Positions 60,541 through 64,000 of a stretch of 64,000 nt of DNA are shown here, one piece after another (positions within the stretch are counted from its first letter, which is position 1; every line of letters begins with the position of its first letter). Below the pieces are notes generated by a model. That model made no database searches. It was given only the letters and a program-made list of their open reading frames with translations, and had not been told where the DNA came from. Both the position numbers and the translations under genes were made by a program. Where the stretch lies: the NCBI GenBank assembly GCA_012026655.1, contig JAAILG010000598.1, positions 1 through 64,000 on the forward strand. The letters are read 5' to 3'. This DNA comes from Hydrolagus affinis. Lineage: Eukaryota.

Positions 60541-63312
60541 GGTGAGACTATGCTTTGACCAAAATGGCTTCCTAACTGCACAGTAATTACACTTGCCGAG
60601 CAATTACCTATGTGGTGCTTTAAAATGCATAAGTACTATGTTGAATGCAAATGTAAGAATATATCCAAGAAATAAAGATGACTTTTTGGTTTACGTTTTC
60701 TCTTCCTTTCGGATCTCTACAGCTGCTGCTTGGCAGCAGTTGTCTTCTTCAACAGGGAAGCAGGGACCCTCTCTGTAGGGCTTCGAATGTCTCCACACTT
60801 ACGGTCTGTGATTGATCAGGTTGAGGTGTGCTTCTGTGAAGTAGCACTGAGCCTGCCAGTTTTTCCTCTGAGAAAAAGCGCTCAGCTCCTGTACTGCGCA
60901 GTGTTCCTCTTAGCACCCCAGTGAGGCTTGGCAAACCCCCCTAATTAAGCTAACTGTGATCAGGCTTCAAAAATTCAGTCCTACAGTCGTTAAGTCCAAC
61001 ACCTTAACACCAGAATTATTAGGCATGGTAGAGATCTGCAATTTTGTTTATTGTTCAATTGCATAACGAATTACATGTTTGGGATTATTTGTGTAAATGT
61101 CTTTAATTCTGACTCCTAACAAATATGGTGTGATATTCAGACTTAGAAATTTGGAGAAGTCGCTTGGTTTTGTATGATTGATCATTATGGTTCCACCAAC
61201 AAGTACACTGTCACAACACTTTACAGGAAACCCTATGAAGCCCTTTGAGATGTTTCAGCATGGTAACAAAAGTGCTGTGTCAAATGCAAGGATTGTTACC
61301 GTGATTATAATTATTTGAAAGCTGTAAAGGACTTGGAGTTCTAACACCTGCGAGAACCTCCAAACTTCAGTTCAGTTCCTACTGGTTCTGAATTTCCAAT
61401 ACTATAAGTGCTGGGTGTGTGAACACTGAGGGAATTTCCATCCAAATCTTAGTACTGTACCTACTTCTCAGTAGAAACAACATTAGTTATGAATGTATTG
61501 TCCCGAATGTATTAACCTTTTTGGCCTTGACCCTGACAAATCTCAGCATTAATGTGGGTAAAGCAAATGGTGAAGATATTTTGAGCGATACAGGGCCTTC
61601 TCTCTATTTTTGAAGGAAGCAACTAAGAGGTTAACATTTTTAAGACAATCACATTCATGAGCAACAATTCCACTATTTACAGCTGCTCTGCTTTTCAAAA
61701 TGAAAACTAATCTTTCAGGCACTAGTATTTTTAAATGGGTATTTGTCAGGATTATAGGATTTTGCAGTCCATCTGAATATAAACCCAAATTTGTTTCCCC
61801 CTCCCCCCCCCCCCCCTACCCATACACACACACACGCTATGTAATTACCAAGCCACAATAACAAAAGTGACATGTTTGAGAAACAGATAAAAAGCCGTAA
61901 ATTGGCCAGTAATGGTGATATTTCCTCATCGTCCCAAAAAACCATTTATCCATCCTCTCAGCAAATCAAGCCACTGTCATCCTGTACTCATCTCCTGGCC
62001 AGAGGGGCTTAACAATTTATATGTATAAGTGAATAGAAGAATGCAGATGAGCTCTTGCATCTAAAGCTTTGAACACAAGCAGCTGGTACTTTGCTTGCCT
62101 GAATTTCTAAATCATCCGTAATGGGGCCAGGACCTCAAAGCACTAAAAAGAAGGAGATGACATGCTGGACAAACTGTTAATTTTTCCTGAAGAAGCTGCT
62201 ATATTGCACATCTGTCACTGCTGTGCAGACAATCACTCACACAGCGGAAAAGAAGCTGCTGCTTCTGCTAGAACAGTGGTTAACAAAGCAGCCACGGAAA
62301 CTAGAGAGTTCCATCTCAAAGACAGTGGAGTGGCCTGGCTGCATGGCGTTTCCCACACGCTTCCCAACACAGCTTTTAACCAAGTACACACACATGGCAG
62401 CAATACTCTTGGGTTTAAGCCTTACAGGTCAGAACATCATTAAAAAGCAATAATCACCCATCATGGGAATGTTTTTTTTCAAAAGAAACCTTCAGTCCAC
62501 TTGCCTGAAACCCAAACAATAGCTGGCTTACACTGTATGGTTCAGTTTGTGCTTTGTTTCTTAAATTCTTTGAATTTGTATTACAGTGAGGAAGGAGATG
62601 AATGAAATTAAAGCAATTGACACAACTATCAAATCACGACCATGTAAATCTTCCACTATTGCGTATGCTGTATACTATATATGTGTATTTTTTTATTTCT
62701 ATCTGCATAGTACATATGCTTGAAGAAAACCACCGCTTTGCATAACAGAACCGCAAGGCTGCAAAGCAAATTGTCTTTGTTGGGCTAACCCTAGGAGCTC
62801 TGATACTTTAAAGCCAGAGAGAGTGAAAGCTTTTAGTGTCATCAACGTTTTATAAATCGGACGTGCAAATGATGCCGCTCACCTCAGTGTAGATGTTGTT
62901 TGCTTGTGGAATTTCCAGTGCTGCACGATTTGATCTGTTTAATGCTGATTAAGAAATTTTACCAACAGAAAAAATTTAATTAAGTAGAATGCCACACCCG
63001 GATTCCAACCATTTATTCAACACACAGAACACTATGTAGTTCTGATGTTGGTTTATTAAAAATAAAATTCCATCTGTACGCTTGAAACCAGTTTCAAACA
63101 GGAGACCTCACACTTAGTATGAGCAGCCTTTGAATTTAGCAGAAAACATCAGCATTCTGCCACCAGATCATCATGTTTGCTTCTGATTCAAGTTACACAA
63201 ACATCTTACTCCCTATGCTGTAAATTCATTTAGTTTATTTTAACCAGAGTGCAGAAAAGCCTCGCTAAACTTATTTTGTGTTTAATGAGGGTCTTAAGTG
63301 TGCTTTAAATAT

Positions 63313-63745
63313 CAGCCTAGCTCAGTAGATAGCATAAACAAAACACAAAATACTACAGATGCTGGGAATCTGAAACAAAACCAGAAGTTGCTGGGGAAAC
63401 TCAGCAGGTTAGGCAGCATCCATGGAGAAAGGAAAAAGAAACAATGTTTCGGGTCTACAACCCATGTAGACCCGAAACGTTGACTCTTTTTCCTTTCTCC
63501 ATGGATGCTGCCTGACCTGCTGAGTTTCCCCAGCAACTTCTGTTTTTGTTCCAGTAGATAGCATTCTTGTTTCTGAGTCACGTTTCTGGGTTCAAAACCC
63601 ACTTTGAGACTTTGAACTCACAGTCTAGGCTGACACGCTAGTGTAAAGCTGTGGCTGTGCTGCATGGTTGGAAATGCCGTCCTTTCAACAATAAGTTAAA
63701 CCAAGGTATGTTCTGCCTGTTCAGGTGGATGTTAAAGATCCCATA
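63313..63745 (+). mobile_element. Deu-domain SINE 5' half (tRNA head), interrupted by the 63336-63551 insertion
   Basis: Box A TAGCTCAGT, box B GGTTCAAAACC, then CTAGGCTGACAC...GCCGTCCTTTC...GTTAAACCAAGG...CAGGTGGATGTTAAAGATCCCAT. Confidence 0.8.
63336..63551. mobile_element. Palindromic Penelope-like non-autonomous insertion, 216 bp
   Basis: Inverted arms 63370-63459 / 63465-63554 around a 5 nt loop; 13 bp direct repeat CAGTAGATAGCAT at 63323-63335 and 63552-63564. Confidence 0.8.
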
Positions 63746-63824
63746 CTTTAGACCCCCAATAATGGTTAAAAATAACGTGTTGATGAGATCTCTGAATTAA
63801 TTCCCTTCTATCAGAAAAACACAA

Positions 63825-63945
63825 GTAAATATTTGAAGAGCATCAAACTGGGATTAGAGTAGATAGCTCCAGTGGAGGAGCCAATACCAGCATATGTTCA
63901 ATGGGATGAGCGATCTCCTTCTGTGCTGCAATTTCTATGATTCCT
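63825..63945 (+). mobile_element. Degraded CR1 LINE 3' end
   Basis: ...ATGGGATGAGCGATCTCCTTCTGTGCTGCAATTTCTATGATTC resembles a CR1 terminus. Confidence 0.6.
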
Positions 63946-64000
63946 CCCCTGTATCTATTTTAGCCAGCAGAAGCAAGCAATGTGACTTCCTCACCCTGTG

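Noticed and set aside
60690-60930. Polypyrimidine tract with AG at 60721-60722 and possible downstream exon
   Set aside because: No strong plus-strand donor and no recognisable peptide in any frame.
1-64000. CRISPR arrays, operons, retrons or other prokaryote-style systems
   Set aside because: No regularly spaced repeat-spacer structure or dense coding; all RT motifs belong to decayed vertebrate CR1/L2 LINEs.

Overview
This is eukaryotic, AT-rich vertebrate genomic DNA with no recognisable intact protein-coding gene, tRNA/rRNA gene, CRISPR array or prokaryotic system. The window looks intronic or intergenic and is densely populated by transposable-element relics: 5'-truncated L2 and CR1 LINEs (with RT motifs), many copies of a young ~300 bp tRNA-headed SINE with an L2-type tail, older Deu-domain SINEs, three non-autonomous DNA transposons with clear TIRs and TSDs, Penelope-like fragments, and the 3' end of another non-LTR element. 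The repeat repertoire resembles that of cartilaginous fishes, probably a chimaera/elephant-shark-like holocephalan; this is recalled resemblance, not a database result. The most interesting signals are a minimal hammerhead-ribozyme-like core in a Penelope-like fragment (45.1 kb), a ~90 bp-stem palindromic insertion with a 13 bp TSD inside a SINE head (63.3-63.6 kb), nested MITE insertions, a covarying 3' stem-loop shared by L2s and SINEs, an unclassified old repeat with permuted blocks, and weak candidate minus-strand first exons near 38, 41 and 47 kb. I found no convincing novel gene system. Boundaries of degraded repeats are approximate.
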